From Clostridia bacterium (GTDB lineage Bacteria; Bacillota; Clostridia; UBA1212; DUPL01): a stretch of DNA of 64,000 nucleotides. The notes below the pieces were generated by a model, which had not been told where the DNA came from, did no database searches, and saw only the letters and a list, made by a program, of their open reading frames with translations. The stretch lies in NCBI GenBank assembly GCA_050951325.1, contig JBMNIW010000003.1, positions 192,001 to 256,000 of the forward strand. The letters run 5' to 3'. Below, piece after piece: positions 1 through 8,442 of this stretch (position 1 is its first letter; each line of letters starts with the position of its first letter). Position numbers and translations under genes: made by a program.

Positions 1-2
1 AA

Positions 3-2387
3 TCTGAAAGTAAACCTTCCTATAGGTGCCACATCTCCTGTTTTGTAGAACTCAAAGATGTCACCATCGTTTTCAACATTGTCCGCCCACTTGAAGTTGA
101 ATGACGGCATTCCTGAAAACCATCCGGATTTCATACCCAGCATGTGTCTGGGTATTTCTATTTGCAGAACCTTGCCTTCAACCCTGTATTTTACCTCTCC
201 AACAATTTCCCAATTGAAGCCTCCGGCAGACACCTCGAGATAGCAAACATCCTCATTAGGACTCAGTCTGTTAACCACAAACTCGAAACCTTCCCAATGC
301 TTGTTGGTTTCTCCCGTGTCAATATACAGCCTCATCCAGGACTGATCAGTATGCGGACTCAAGTTCTCCCTGGTCTCCACATAGAAGTATATGGTGTTTC
401 TGTCATATGCTACTTTTGTTTTAAGTATATTGTTTCTTACACCACTTGCGGTATTGATGTAATGATTGTAAGTCGGAACATCCTCCCACTGGGAAATATC
501 ATCAAATATGTTTATACTCTTTCTCGCAGCCTCATAATCAATACTTCCAACACCTTTGTATCTCCTTATGTTTGCCACCAGCTGATAGTAGTAATTATCC
601 ATAAGGTCACCATTTACAGGCTCTATGTCAGTACTGAACTCATCGTTGAACTGGTTTACAAACGCATTGTCAATTCCCATCCAGTTGTTATATCTCTTTA
701 CAAAAAACTCGTTCCAACCATTTACCAGCACAAAGTCCGGGTCGACATAGAGAGCATAATCCCACTGCTGCTGGAAGTTAAGACCATAAAGATATGCATC
801 CTGCCTGTTTTTGTCTACAACCATTTCATGACCCATGTACGTGTATGTATAGGAATACTCTCCTTTAGCATATCCCCTTCCAAACACTTCTTTTCCGTTC
901 ATTGCGGTAAGTCCAAGGTAGTTGGCATTTTGAGCAGGACTTACCACCATTTGATCCACATCCCCCATCCTGGACATGCTGTGTCTGGTTTGCGGATATA
1001 CTGATTGGATACCCCAAACACCTTCTTCCGTCCTATCATCGAAATAAGATGTACTTATCCTGCGCATTGTAAAATACTGCTTTATTTCCTGCTCATTACG
1101 GAACTCTGTGTTCAATACGTCATAATTGCTCAAAATCAATGGTTTTCCTTCGTAATAGAACCATAGCTCACGGTATTTTTCCGCTTTATATATCTCCTTG
1201 AACAACTGTTTGAGCTGTATAACGCCTCGTCCTGGATCATTGTAGTCTGTTGCAAACACTACCTTGGGAGCATTTACTCCCTCCGATATTGCCTTTTCCC
1301 AGCTTTGCATGAAGATATGCAGTATCTTCATATCAAGGCCGTCTGCAAGATTTACGACCACAAAGTCAACACCCGCATTTGCAAGAAGTTCAGCATGCTT
1401 TCTGTATACGTTCGTGTTAATACCATTGTAATTTCCATATAACGGGGTCTCCCAATACAAGTTTCGAACCGGCAGCCAGATTCCATGGGATGAGGATATG
1501 GCATCAGGAAATCTTTCAAGTATTCTCTTGACAGTAAGGACAGAGCCAACCTTCTCCGGCTTTAGATAGTATAATATGCCTACATTTCTCGTCTTGTCGT
1601 GTTTTTCAGGATAATCCTTGTAAGAAGGCAGTTTTCTGTTAAGTCTGTCAATAGCATAAAAAGAATCCGGCCTTACATCCAACATTTTTACTGGATGGTT
1701 GTCGCCAAATTGAATTTCAGCAGGCGCTTTTACATAATCAAAATAGTAGGGAATGTTTTGGGACAAGGGTCCAAAGTGTACATCTGGAGTATTCAGATAA
1801 CCAATGCTTCCAAAAGGAGATGCATCCTGCTGTTGTCCGTTATAGTACACCCTTATGTTCGGCCTTACAGCTGTAGTCCCCCATACTCCAGTAAGCTCCT
1901 CTATCCCACTTATCTCAAGCATATACTCGCCCTCTTCTTGAGGCTCGAATTCAAAATGCAGTGTTTCATTGTCTTTATAGTTTACAAACAGCTGTTCATG
2001 TATGACTTCTCCGCTCAAGCTGATGTCTACATTAATATTCCATTTGTACAGACTCATTTTCAAAGTTCCGATACTGTTGTTATAGCTCGGACATACAAGG
2101 CTTATTTTGTTAAAATCAGTAACCGCGTAGAATTGAATGCAAACAGTGTCACTGACATTCAGCCCAAAGGGCGTCATCTCACCATGCTCTTCTGGATACA
2201 TGGGAACTTCCACTGCCTGTCCTTCTACAAGATTTCTATAATATGGTGCATCATGTCTAGGCCTGTTTGTTGGAACAGGCATGTTTGTAGGTTCAACATC
2301 GTTAATATCCGTATTGATGCTGCAACCAGCCGTAAAAACAACAAGTATCATTAAAGCTGCATAAAATGCAATCTTTAAGCCTTTCAT
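3..2387 (-). CDS. Large lipoprotein with GH99/GH71-like glycoside hydrolase domain (3' end runs off the window; absent from ORF track)
   Basis: Manual translation: SD GAGGAGG, then ATG 2387 MKGLKIAFYAALMILVVFTAG-C (lipobox). Contains RKHAELLANAGVDFVV, EGKPLIL, QQWDYAL, NGWNEF, STDIEP and ends ...FKWADN...GDVAPIGRFTFR at the edge. No stop found in frame. Confidence 0.8.
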   Translation of the reverse strand, partial: MKGLKIAFYAALMILVVFTAGCSINTDINDVEPTNMPVPTNRPRHDAPYYRNLVEGQAVEVPMYPEEHGEMTPFGLNVSDTVCIQFYAVTDFNKISLVCPSYNNSIGTLKMSLYKWNINVDISLSGEVIHEQLFVNYKDNETLHFEFEPQEEGEYMLEISGIEELTGVWGTTAVRPNIRVYYNGQQQDASPFGSIGYLNTPDVHFGPLSQNIPYYFDYVKAPAEIQFGDNHPVKMLDVRPDSFYAIDRLNRKLPSYKDYPEKHDKTRNVGILYYLKPEKVGSVLTVKRILERFPDAISSSHGIWLPVRNLYWETPLYGNYNGINTNVYRKHAELLANAGVDFVVVNLADGLDMKILHIFMQSWEKAISEGVNAPKVVFATDYNDPGRGVIQLKQLFKEIYKAEKYRELWFYYEGKPLILSNYDVLNTEFRNEQEIKQYFTMRRISTSYFDDRTEEGVWGIQSVYPQTRHSMSRMGDVDQMVVSPAQNANYLGLTAMNGKEVFGRGYAKGEYSYTYTYMGHEMVVDKNRQDAYLYGLNFQQQWDYALYVDPDFVLVNGWNEFFVKRYNNWMGIDNAFVNQFNDEFSTDIEPVNGDLMDNYYYQLVANIRRYKGVGSIDYEAARKSINIFDDISQWEDVPTYNHYINTASGVRNNILKTKVAYDRNTIYFYVETRENLSPHTDQSWMRLYIDTGETNKHWEGFEFVVNRLSPNEDVCYLEVSAGGFNWEIVGEVKYRVEGKVLQIEIPRHMLGMKSGWFSGMPSFNFKWADNVENDGDIFEFYKTGDVAPIGRFTFR

Positions 2388-2472
2388 CTAGAGTTATCCT
2401 CCTCTTGGCAATTTCATGACCATTATAACATGAGAATTGCTTTAATTACTACAAAATTGCAAAGAAAGTTAT

Positions 2473-2498
2473 AAAAAACGGTGAATTAACACCGTTTT
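2473..2498 (-). terminator. Intrinsic terminator after cysteine desulfurase-family gene
   Basis: AAAACGGTG-AATTAA-CACCGTTTT hairpin with T-run on the minus strand. Confidence 0.7.
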
Positions 2499-2499
2499 A

Positions 2500-3618
2500 T
2501 CATCCAACATGTTCCTTTATGTATTCCTCAAGCACGTTGCATGCATAATCAATTTCCTCAAATTTATTAAAATATCCAAAGCTGAATCTCACCGTCCCGG
2601 TCTCTTCAGTTCCTATTGTTTTATGCGCAAGAGGAGCACAATGAAAACCTGGACGGGTTGCTATTCCTCTTTTGGAAAGGTAGTTGGATATGGAACTGCA
2701 GTCAGCTCCTGGTATGGTTATTGAAACTACGCCCACATGCCTGCACCTTGAATCATCGTATATCCTTACTCCAGGTATGTCGGACACCTTGCTAACAAAG
2801 TATTCCCTAAGCCTTGCTTCATGTCTTTCAATATTCCTTACTCCAACCTTTTGAACAAATTCCACTCCTGCATTCAATGCAGCTATTCCATGGGTGTTCA
2901 TTGTTCCTGCCTCAAAACATTCAGGCATATCCACCGGATGATTGATATCAAAACTCCTGCTTCCGGATCCCCCATGCATGAAAGGCTTCAGCCTTACATG
3001 TGGCGCCACATATATGCCACCTGTTCCCTGCAGGCCAAACAAACCCTTGTGCCCTGTAAAACACAATATGTCAATATTCATCTCATTGACATTGATATCA
3101 ATCACTCCTGCTGTTTGTGCCGCATCAACAATAAACAGGATTCCTTTTTTTCTGCATGCCTCTCCAACAACTTTAATGTCATTGACTATTCCTGTGACAT
3201 TGGATGCATGAGTCATAACAACCGCACCGGTGATTCCCGACATTGCGTCAATCAACCTTTCCGGATCCAGCCTTCCCTTTTGATCCGCCTGAATTATATT
3301 ATAAAAACCTCTTTTTGCAAGAGGTCTAAGTACGGAATTATGCTCCATGGATGTAGTTATAATCTCACCCATGCACAAACTTATAGCTGCGTTTAATGCA
3401 TGCGTCGCATTCAAGGTGAATGCGACTCTTAGAGGCTCTCTTATGCAAAACAAGCTCGCTATTTTTTCTCTTGTCTCATACAGCTTATAGGATGACCATA
3501 ACGCACTTTCATGGGCGCCCCTGCCTGGGTTCCCTGCCTTCTCAATAGCTTCCAAAACACTCTTTGAGACCTCAGGTGGTTTTGGCCATGATGTAGCCGC
3601 ATTGTCAAAGTATATCAA
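2500..3618 (-). CDS. Cysteine desulfurase family protein (class V PLP aminotransferase)
   Basis: IYFDNAATS, EHNSV, DAAQTAG, FTGHKGL (PLP Lys) and RPGFHCAP (catalytic Cys). TTG start after GAGGTGG preferred over ATG 3648. Confidence 0.9.
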   Translation of the reverse strand: MIYFDNAATSWPKPPEVSKSVLEAIEKAGNPGRGAHESALWSSYKLYETREKIASLFCIREPLRVAFTLNATHALNAAISLCMGEIITTSMEHNSVLRPLAKRGFYNIIQADQKGRLDPERLIDAMSGITGAVVMTHASNVTGIVNDIKVVGEACRKKGILFIVDAAQTAGVIDINVNEMNIDILCFTGHKGLFGLQGTGGIYVAPHVRLKPFMHGGSGSRSFDINHPVDMPECFEAGTMNTHGIAALNAGVEFVQKVGVRNIERHEARLREYFVSKVSDIPGVRIYDDSRCRHVGVVSITIPGADCSSISNYLSKRGIATRPGFHCAPLAHKTIGTEETGTVRFSFGYFNKFEEIDYACNVLEEYIKEHVG

Positions 3619-3686
3619 TCTACCACCTCTTATTTGCTCCTTATTCATACAATATAATATGAATCAAGCAAATAAAAGGTTAAGAG

Positions 3687-4544
3687 CTATATTTCCTCAA
3701 TAATAACTTCCAGCCTGTTTTTGCCTGCATTTATGCATGCAAGAACATCTTCTGTTCCTTCATACTCGATTGTAACATTGCCATCATATCCATTGTTCTT
3801 CAGGATTCTCAGGCACTTCTTGACCGGCACCACTCCATCACCGACTGCACAGCCTTTGAGAAAGTTACCACCCCTAGTCATAAACCAACCCGGTGAGCTG
3901 GGAGCATCGTCGCCATCGTGGTAATAGAAGTCTTTTGCATGAACACCGAATACATAGTTCTTGAGAACACCGGTCGCCTTTGCAGGATCCTCGTCAACAC
4001 AAAGGAAGTTGCCCAGGTCCAATAAAGCTCCATAGTTGTCGGAATTCACACCATCAATAAGCATCTCCACCCTGTGACTATCCTGGGTGTAGAATCCGTG
4101 ATTTTCAATAGATGTCCTTACTCCAAGGCTTTCTGCATACTCTGTTACAACTCTTACACCTTTTATTAAAAGAGGAAGATTGTTTTCAAAACTTTTGTAT
4201 CCCCCTGGCATTGGTCCGTATGCCACATCATGCCTCATAAAGTCTACACCAAGCGCATGCGCAACATCAACTTCGCCCTTCAGTCTTTCAATTTCCTCTT
4301 CCTGATTGTTGCAGAGTAAATTTCCGCCAACACTGTAACCTGTTATCTTGATACCAACATTTTCTGCAAGGTCTTTCAAATGCTTTGCATAATCAATAGC
4401 CGTCATTCCTTCAGGAACCCAGAGACCTGCAAACTCAATACCGTAAAAACCCATTTCCTTCGCCTTGTAAATAACATTCTCCGGCTTTAAGGATCCTTCC
4501 CTTACCAGTCTGGAAAAACTGTAGGAACTTACACAAATGTTCAT
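3687..4544 (-). CDS. Sugar phosphate isomerase/epimerase family (AP_endonuc_2 TIM barrel)
   Basis: IENHG, LDLGNF, VHAKD, TIEYEG metal-binding motifs. ATG 4544 after GGGAGG. Confidence 0.85.
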   Translation of the reverse strand: MNICVSSYSFSRLVREGSLKPENVIYKAKEMGFYGIEFAGLWVPEGMTAIDYAKHLKDLAENVGIKITGYSVGGNLLCNNQEEEIERLKGEVDVAHALGVDFMRHDVAYGPMPGGYKSFENNLPLLIKGVRVVTEYAESLGVRTSIENHGFYTQDSHRVEMLIDGVNSDNYGALLDLGNFLCVDEDPAKATGVLKNYVFGVHAKDFYYHDGDDAPSSPGWFMTRGGNFLKGCAVGDGVVPVKKCLRILKNNGYDGNVTIEYEGTEDVLACINAGKNRLEVIIEEI

Positions 4545-4616
4545 AAAATACCTCCCAAAATATTGAAATCCGGATATGTCAAAAAACACACATCCGGCAT
4601 TTTTAGTCTTTCATTA

Positions 4617-4766
4617 TCATACTTCGCTGAAAGCACTTTTATCAAGACCACAAATTGGACAAACCCAGTCATCTGGCAAATCTTCAAAAGCTGTACCAGC
4701 TGGAATATCGTTTTCTGGATCTCCCTCAGCTGGGTCGTAAACATAACCACAGAGACACTCGTACAT
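4617..4766 (-). CDS. Rubredoxin (49 aa, missed by ORF track)
   Basis: SD AAGGAGG. Translation [49 protein letters not shown]. Confidence 0.95.
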   Translation of the reverse strand: MYECLCGYVYDPAEGDPENDIPAGTAFEDLPDDWVCPICGLDKSAFSEV

Positions 4767-4892
4767 TCATACCCCTCCTTTATATTATACATGCGCAGAA
4801 AGAATATCAGAAGGCTTAAGGATTGTCAATAGAATAATGCCAAATATTGTGATAATATAATTATAAATATAATTTACACACAAGAGGTTTAC

Positions 4893-5606
4893 ATGTCGGC
4901 ACTTACTTTAAAAATAATTGCATGCATTGCGATGCTTTTAGATCATATAGGATACACATTGAAAATAACATACCCATACAGAATAATTGGCAGGATTGCT
5001 TTTCCCATATACGCATTTCTGCTAACCGAAGGATATCACCACACTAAAGACTTCAAAAGATATCTAAAGAGGCTTTTTCTGTTTGCTCTTGTATCAGAAA
5101 TACCCTTCAACCTGTTTTCAAAAGGCAAACTGATTGACATAAGTTCGTCAAAAAACATCTTCTTTACCCTGTCACTATCCCTGCTTCTTCTTTACTGGCT
5201 TGACGAGTCCAAGAAAATATACGAAGACAAACCTAGACTGATACTATTATCCACAATACTGGTTTCATTATTCTGCCTCACCGCAGAACTTATCAATGTT
5301 GATTACGGATTCTACGGCATACTGACAGTTCTTTGTTTCAGGTACATGAAGCATTGTAGAAGAAAAAACCTCGCCACCATAACCGGCCATACAGTTGTAA
5401 TATTTTCTTACATTCTGTTAAGCCAGAACAATTCCTGGGCTTTTGTGCAACTGTATGCTCTTTTTGCACTTGTTCCAATTCTCCTGTACAACGGAAAAAA
5501 AGGTCATAATCCAACCAACCGGACAATGAACAAGATTATACAATATGCATTCTACGCCTACTACCCATTACACATGCTAATTATATACCTGTTTACATCT
5601 CTCTAA
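4893..5606 (+). CDS. TraX-family membrane protein (putative acyltransferase)
   Basis: LKIIACIAMLLDH, GRIAFPIYAFLLTEG, SEIPF, DYG, LYNGKKG, FYAYYPLH. Confidence 0.85.
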   Translation: MSALTLKIIACIAMLLDHIGYTLKITYPYRIIGRIAFPIYAFLLTEGYHHTKDFKRYLKRLFLFALVSEIPFNLFSKGKLIDISSSKNIFFTLSLSLLLLYWLDESKKIYEDKPRLILLSTILVSLFCLTAELINVDYGFYGILTVLCFRYMKHCRRKNLATITGHTVVIFSYILLSQNNSWAFVQLYALFALVPILLYNGKKGHNPTNRTMNKIIQYAFYAYYPLHMLIIYLFTSL

Positions 5607-5699
5607 CTGTAAAGAAAAAGGTTTCAAGCAAAACCTATATAACTGTTGCAGAAATATGTAAAAAGGGATTGGAAATCCAACCCCTTTCAAACAAAACAA

Positions 5700-6305
5700 T
5701 TAAGTTGTAAACAATACCAGTATAAAGTCTTTAACCCGTGCAATCGCTTCCCGGATATCTCTCTGCAGCTGGTTTGCATAATCTATTTTTTCTGCCGGGT
5801 ATCCGTAAGCCTCAATACCCATTTTCCTTGCATTGTATATTGCTCTGTACATGTGGTACTCCTGGGTGCAAATTATCACCTTGTCAACACCAAACTCATC
5901 TTTAAGCCTTTTCATGGACTCAAAGGTGGAAAGCCCCATCGTATCCGTTATAATACATTCCTCGGGAACGCCCAGCTCTATGGCTCTTTTCTTCATGGGA
6001 TCAACCTCGTTGTAGTCTTCCCTTTGTGCATCCCCGCTCATAATAATTGCTGGAACTCTGCCTTCTTCAAAAAGCTTTACAGATGCCTTCACCCTATCAT
6101 CCAGGATCAAGCTCAGTCTTCCGTCTTTGTACACCTTCGCGCCCAAAACAACTATGTATTCGGCCTCTAGGTCCTTGACACTATCATCATCCAGGATATA
6201 TTGCCTTGAGTAGTTCACCATATACAGATTTATTGCTATCAATGCCAGCAAACCAAGCAGACAAACTGCAATCAGCAACGCTATAATCACTTTTTTCCGT
6301 TTCAA
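5700..6305 (-). CDS. SanA/YdcF (DUF218) family protein
   Basis: N-terminal TM, IVVLGA, IIMSGD, YNEV, TQEYHMYRA, REAIARVK. Confidence 0.85.
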   Translation of the reverse strand: MKRKKVIIALLIAVCLLGLLALIAINLYMVNYSRQYILDDDSVKDLEAEYIVVLGAKVYKDGRLSLILDDRVKASVKLFEEGRVPAIIMSGDAQREDYNEVDPMKKRAIELGVPEECIITDTMGLSTFESMKRLKDEFGVDKVIICTQEYHMYRAIYNARKMGIEAYGYPAEKIDYANQLQRDIREAIARVKDFILVLFTT

Positions 6306-6338
6306 GCGCTTCTTCCTTTATACTGTATTTCAATACCT

Positions 6339-7034
6339 CTATACAGCCAGTTCCTTCCTTATATTCCCAATCATTCTCTTTACCTGAGGTATTAATACGA
6401 TAATTATACACAGAATCATTTCAGGAATCAAGAAAACCGCATTATACATAAACGAATAAGGAACCACTGCATATCCCAGTTCCTTTGCATATTCTCCAAA
6501 GAAAACAACTCCAGAGACAAAGTGGCACATAAGTCTTACCATATACCCGGCAATTATACCAGGAATTATATTCTTTCTGTAGAAGCCAGCAAGACCGAAG
6601 GCTGTAAATGCAAGCGGATAATCAAGTAAAAACTGGATGATTCCTACTGTATATGCACCTTGCAGAAGCTGTAAAAGGGAATATGCAAAAGCAGCAGCAA
6701 GCCCATGCTTTGGACCATACAGATATGCAAACAGGATAATAGGCAGACCTGATGCAAGAGTAAGAGCTCCGCCTTGAGGCAGGTCCAGAAGCTTGATAAA
6801 GGACAATACAAACGCAATTGATATGCACAAAGCTCCTGTTACAAGCACTTTTACATCCGTTTTACGTTTGGGCTTTGGCGCATCTTTTTCTTTCCTGTAT
6901 TGGAGAACAAGAAAAACGACAAGAGCGATGGCTACTAGCACCACAATACCAAAGACTACCGGATTCTCAAATATCTTGTCAAATTTTAGAATCTCGGTGC
7001 CATCCGTGAGAAACTCAAACAAGTTTTTGTTCAT
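6339..7034 (-). CDS. thiT: Energy-coupled thiamine transporter S component ThiT
   Basis: LPQGGALT, QFLLDYPLAF, HFVSGVVFFGEYA, YSFMYN. Lies directly downstream of a TPP riboswitch. Confidence 0.9.
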   Translation of the reverse strand: MNKNLFEFLTDGTEILKFDKIFENPVVFGIVVLVAIALVVFLVLQYRKEKDAPKPKRKTDVKVLVTGALCISIAFVLSFIKLLDLPQGGALTLASGLPIILFAYLYGPKHGLAAAFAYSLLQLLQGAYTVGIIQFLLDYPLAFTAFGLAGFYRKNIIPGIIAGYMVRLMCHFVSGVVFFGEYAKELGYAVVPYSFMYNAVFLIPEMILCIIIVLIPQVKRMIGNIRKELAV

Positions 7035-7098
7035 AAAAAAACCTCCAAGTAATTATTCTTGAAGGAAGCTTAGTTACACATATATTGTTCATGTGAAA

Positions 7099-7188
7099 CC
7101 GCTTCCCTACGGTAGGATTACCTACACAGGTTCGTGGGGTTTAAAGGTCCGGACCTTAATCTCAGCCATTCTTGGGCTCCCCCAGCGG
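7099..7188 (-). ncRNA. TPP riboswitch
   Basis: Minus strand CCGCTGGGGGAGCCC..GGCTGAGA..ACCCCACGAACCTGTGTAGGTAATCCTACCGTAGGGAAGCGG has the conserved GCTGAGA, GAACCTG and GTAGGGAA elements. Confidence 0.92.
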
Positions 7189-7224
7189 ACAATAATATAT
7201 TACATCAACACCTGGCATTTGTCA

Positions 7225-7261
7225 ATAAAACAAGGAGCAGTACCTGTCCTGGTACTGCTCC
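7225..7261 (-). terminator. Intrinsic terminator after GH99-like lipoprotein gene
   Basis: GGAGCAGTACC-6nt-GGTACTGCTCC followed by TTGTTTTATT. Confidence 0.8.
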
Positions 7262-7272
7262 TGATAATATGT

Positions 7273-8427
7273 TCAATCTATTTGTTTTTCCCTTTGAACT
7301 TTGCAATTTCCTCTTTTAGTAAGCTTCAGATACATGTCACCCCAGACAGTATTGGGCTCAATATCCTTGCTGACTTCATCCGAATACTGTTCTCCGGTAA
7401 CGTACTCATTCCATGTACCCACCATGGCAAACCTGACACCAATCAGTCTGGCTCTTGCCCACTGCTCCTTGAAGGTTTGTCCGTTACGTCTTTCCACAGC
7501 AGGAATATAATTCGGATCTCCTTCCTCTGCCTGCGGTCTTGTGCTGGCACAAACTATCATGGCTTCAGGATAACCATCGGACACTGTAAAGGTTTGAGCT
7601 ACTCTGTCTTCCCAGCTCCAGTAGCCATACTTGCTTTCCAGAGTGTCAGGATCCCTCAACCCCTTCTGCTCTGTTACATAGCCTGTCATGTATCTTACCG
7701 TAAACCTGTCATCATCCCACTCCGGAACACCACTCTGCCATGGTGATGGAGTACCTACATATACAACAAGCAGCGGCTTGCCGTTATAGTAGAAGAGCTG
7801 GTCCTTGTATTCTGGATGCTCCGGGTTGTTTACAAACCAGTCGTATATCTGGTCCGCCTTTCTTGTAAGTCTTCCGTCAGTGACTCCTTCTTTTTGACCC
7901 GGTGCCGGACAGCCAATAAAGATACTTATTTTAGGTGCTTTCTCCATTTGACTGTAGACATCAAACATATAGACGGTAGACCTTTCAATCATGGCAAAAT
8001 CCGCCCTGGATGTTCTGTCTTTCAATACCCTGTCCATGGGCATGTCGAAATCCAGATTATTGGACCAGTCAACCCAGACAAAATCCACGCCCGCATCATA
8101 AATCAACTCTGCGTGCTGCCTTATGATTTCCTTGTCATCGGAGTTGTATGTCCCAAGAGTCGGATATGCCCAAACACTTGAACTCCATATTTGTGGTCTA
8201 AACCATGTGGTGTAGGCAAGACCCACAAATCTTTCTTCATAAGGCACTCTTGGATAAATGCCTGCTCCCTTGTCCGATACCTCAAGACCTTCTGCAATAA
8301 AATCTTCCATGTTGTCTCCCTCCCATTTGTTTTCTGGTTCCTTATTCTCGCCATTACCCGTGTCTGAACAGGATATCATGGAAAAAACCAAGGTAACCAT
8401 AATCAGGGAAATCAGTACCTTTTTCAC
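7273..8427 (-). CDS. Lipoprotein with GH99/GH71-like domain (probable +1 error near 3' end; corrected stop at 7278)
   Basis: Lipobox MIS-C, IRQHAELIYDAGVDFVWVDWSN, GKPLL, WSW, GTWNEY, SKDIEP. Confidence 0.75.
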   Translation of the reverse strand: MKKVLISLIMVTLVFSMISCSDTGNGENKEPENKWEGDNMEDFIAEGLEVSDKGAGIYPRVPYEERFVGLAYTTWFRPQIWSSSVWAYPTLGTYNSDDKEIIRQHAELIYDAGVDFVWVDWSNNLDFDMPMDRVLKDRTSRADFAMIERSTVYMFDVYSQMEKAPKISIFIGCPAPGQKEGVTDGRLTRKADQIYDWFVNNPEHPEYKDQLFYYNGKPLLVVYVGTPSPWQSGVPEWDDDRFTVRYMTGYVTEQKGLRDPDTLESKYGYWSWEDRVAQTFTVSDGYPEAMIVCASTRPQAEEGDPNYIPAVERRNGQTFKEQWARARLIGVRFAMVGTWNEYVTGEQYSDEVSKDIEPNTVWGDMYLKLTKRGNCKVQREKQID

Positions 8428-8442
8428 GGGACACCTCCCCAG

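Noticed and set aside
144-2354. Long plus-strand ORFs 144..1004 and 1599..2354
   Set aside because: Antisense shadows of the minus-strand lipoprotein gene 3..2387, which has an SD, a lipobox and family motifs
4541-4832. ORFs 4541..4792 (-) and 4563..4832 (+)
   Set aside because: Alternative frames over the true rubredoxin gene
4893-5606. TraX as evidence of a conjugative element
   Set aside because: No relaxase, T4SS, integrase or att-like repeats nearby; stand-alone chromosomal TraX-family genes are common
7093-7746. 217-aa plus-strand ORF and similar antisense ORFs elsewhere (e.g. 38778..39533, 46979..47770, 60309..61073)
   Set aside because: They overlap well-supported minus-strand genes and have no recognisable motifs
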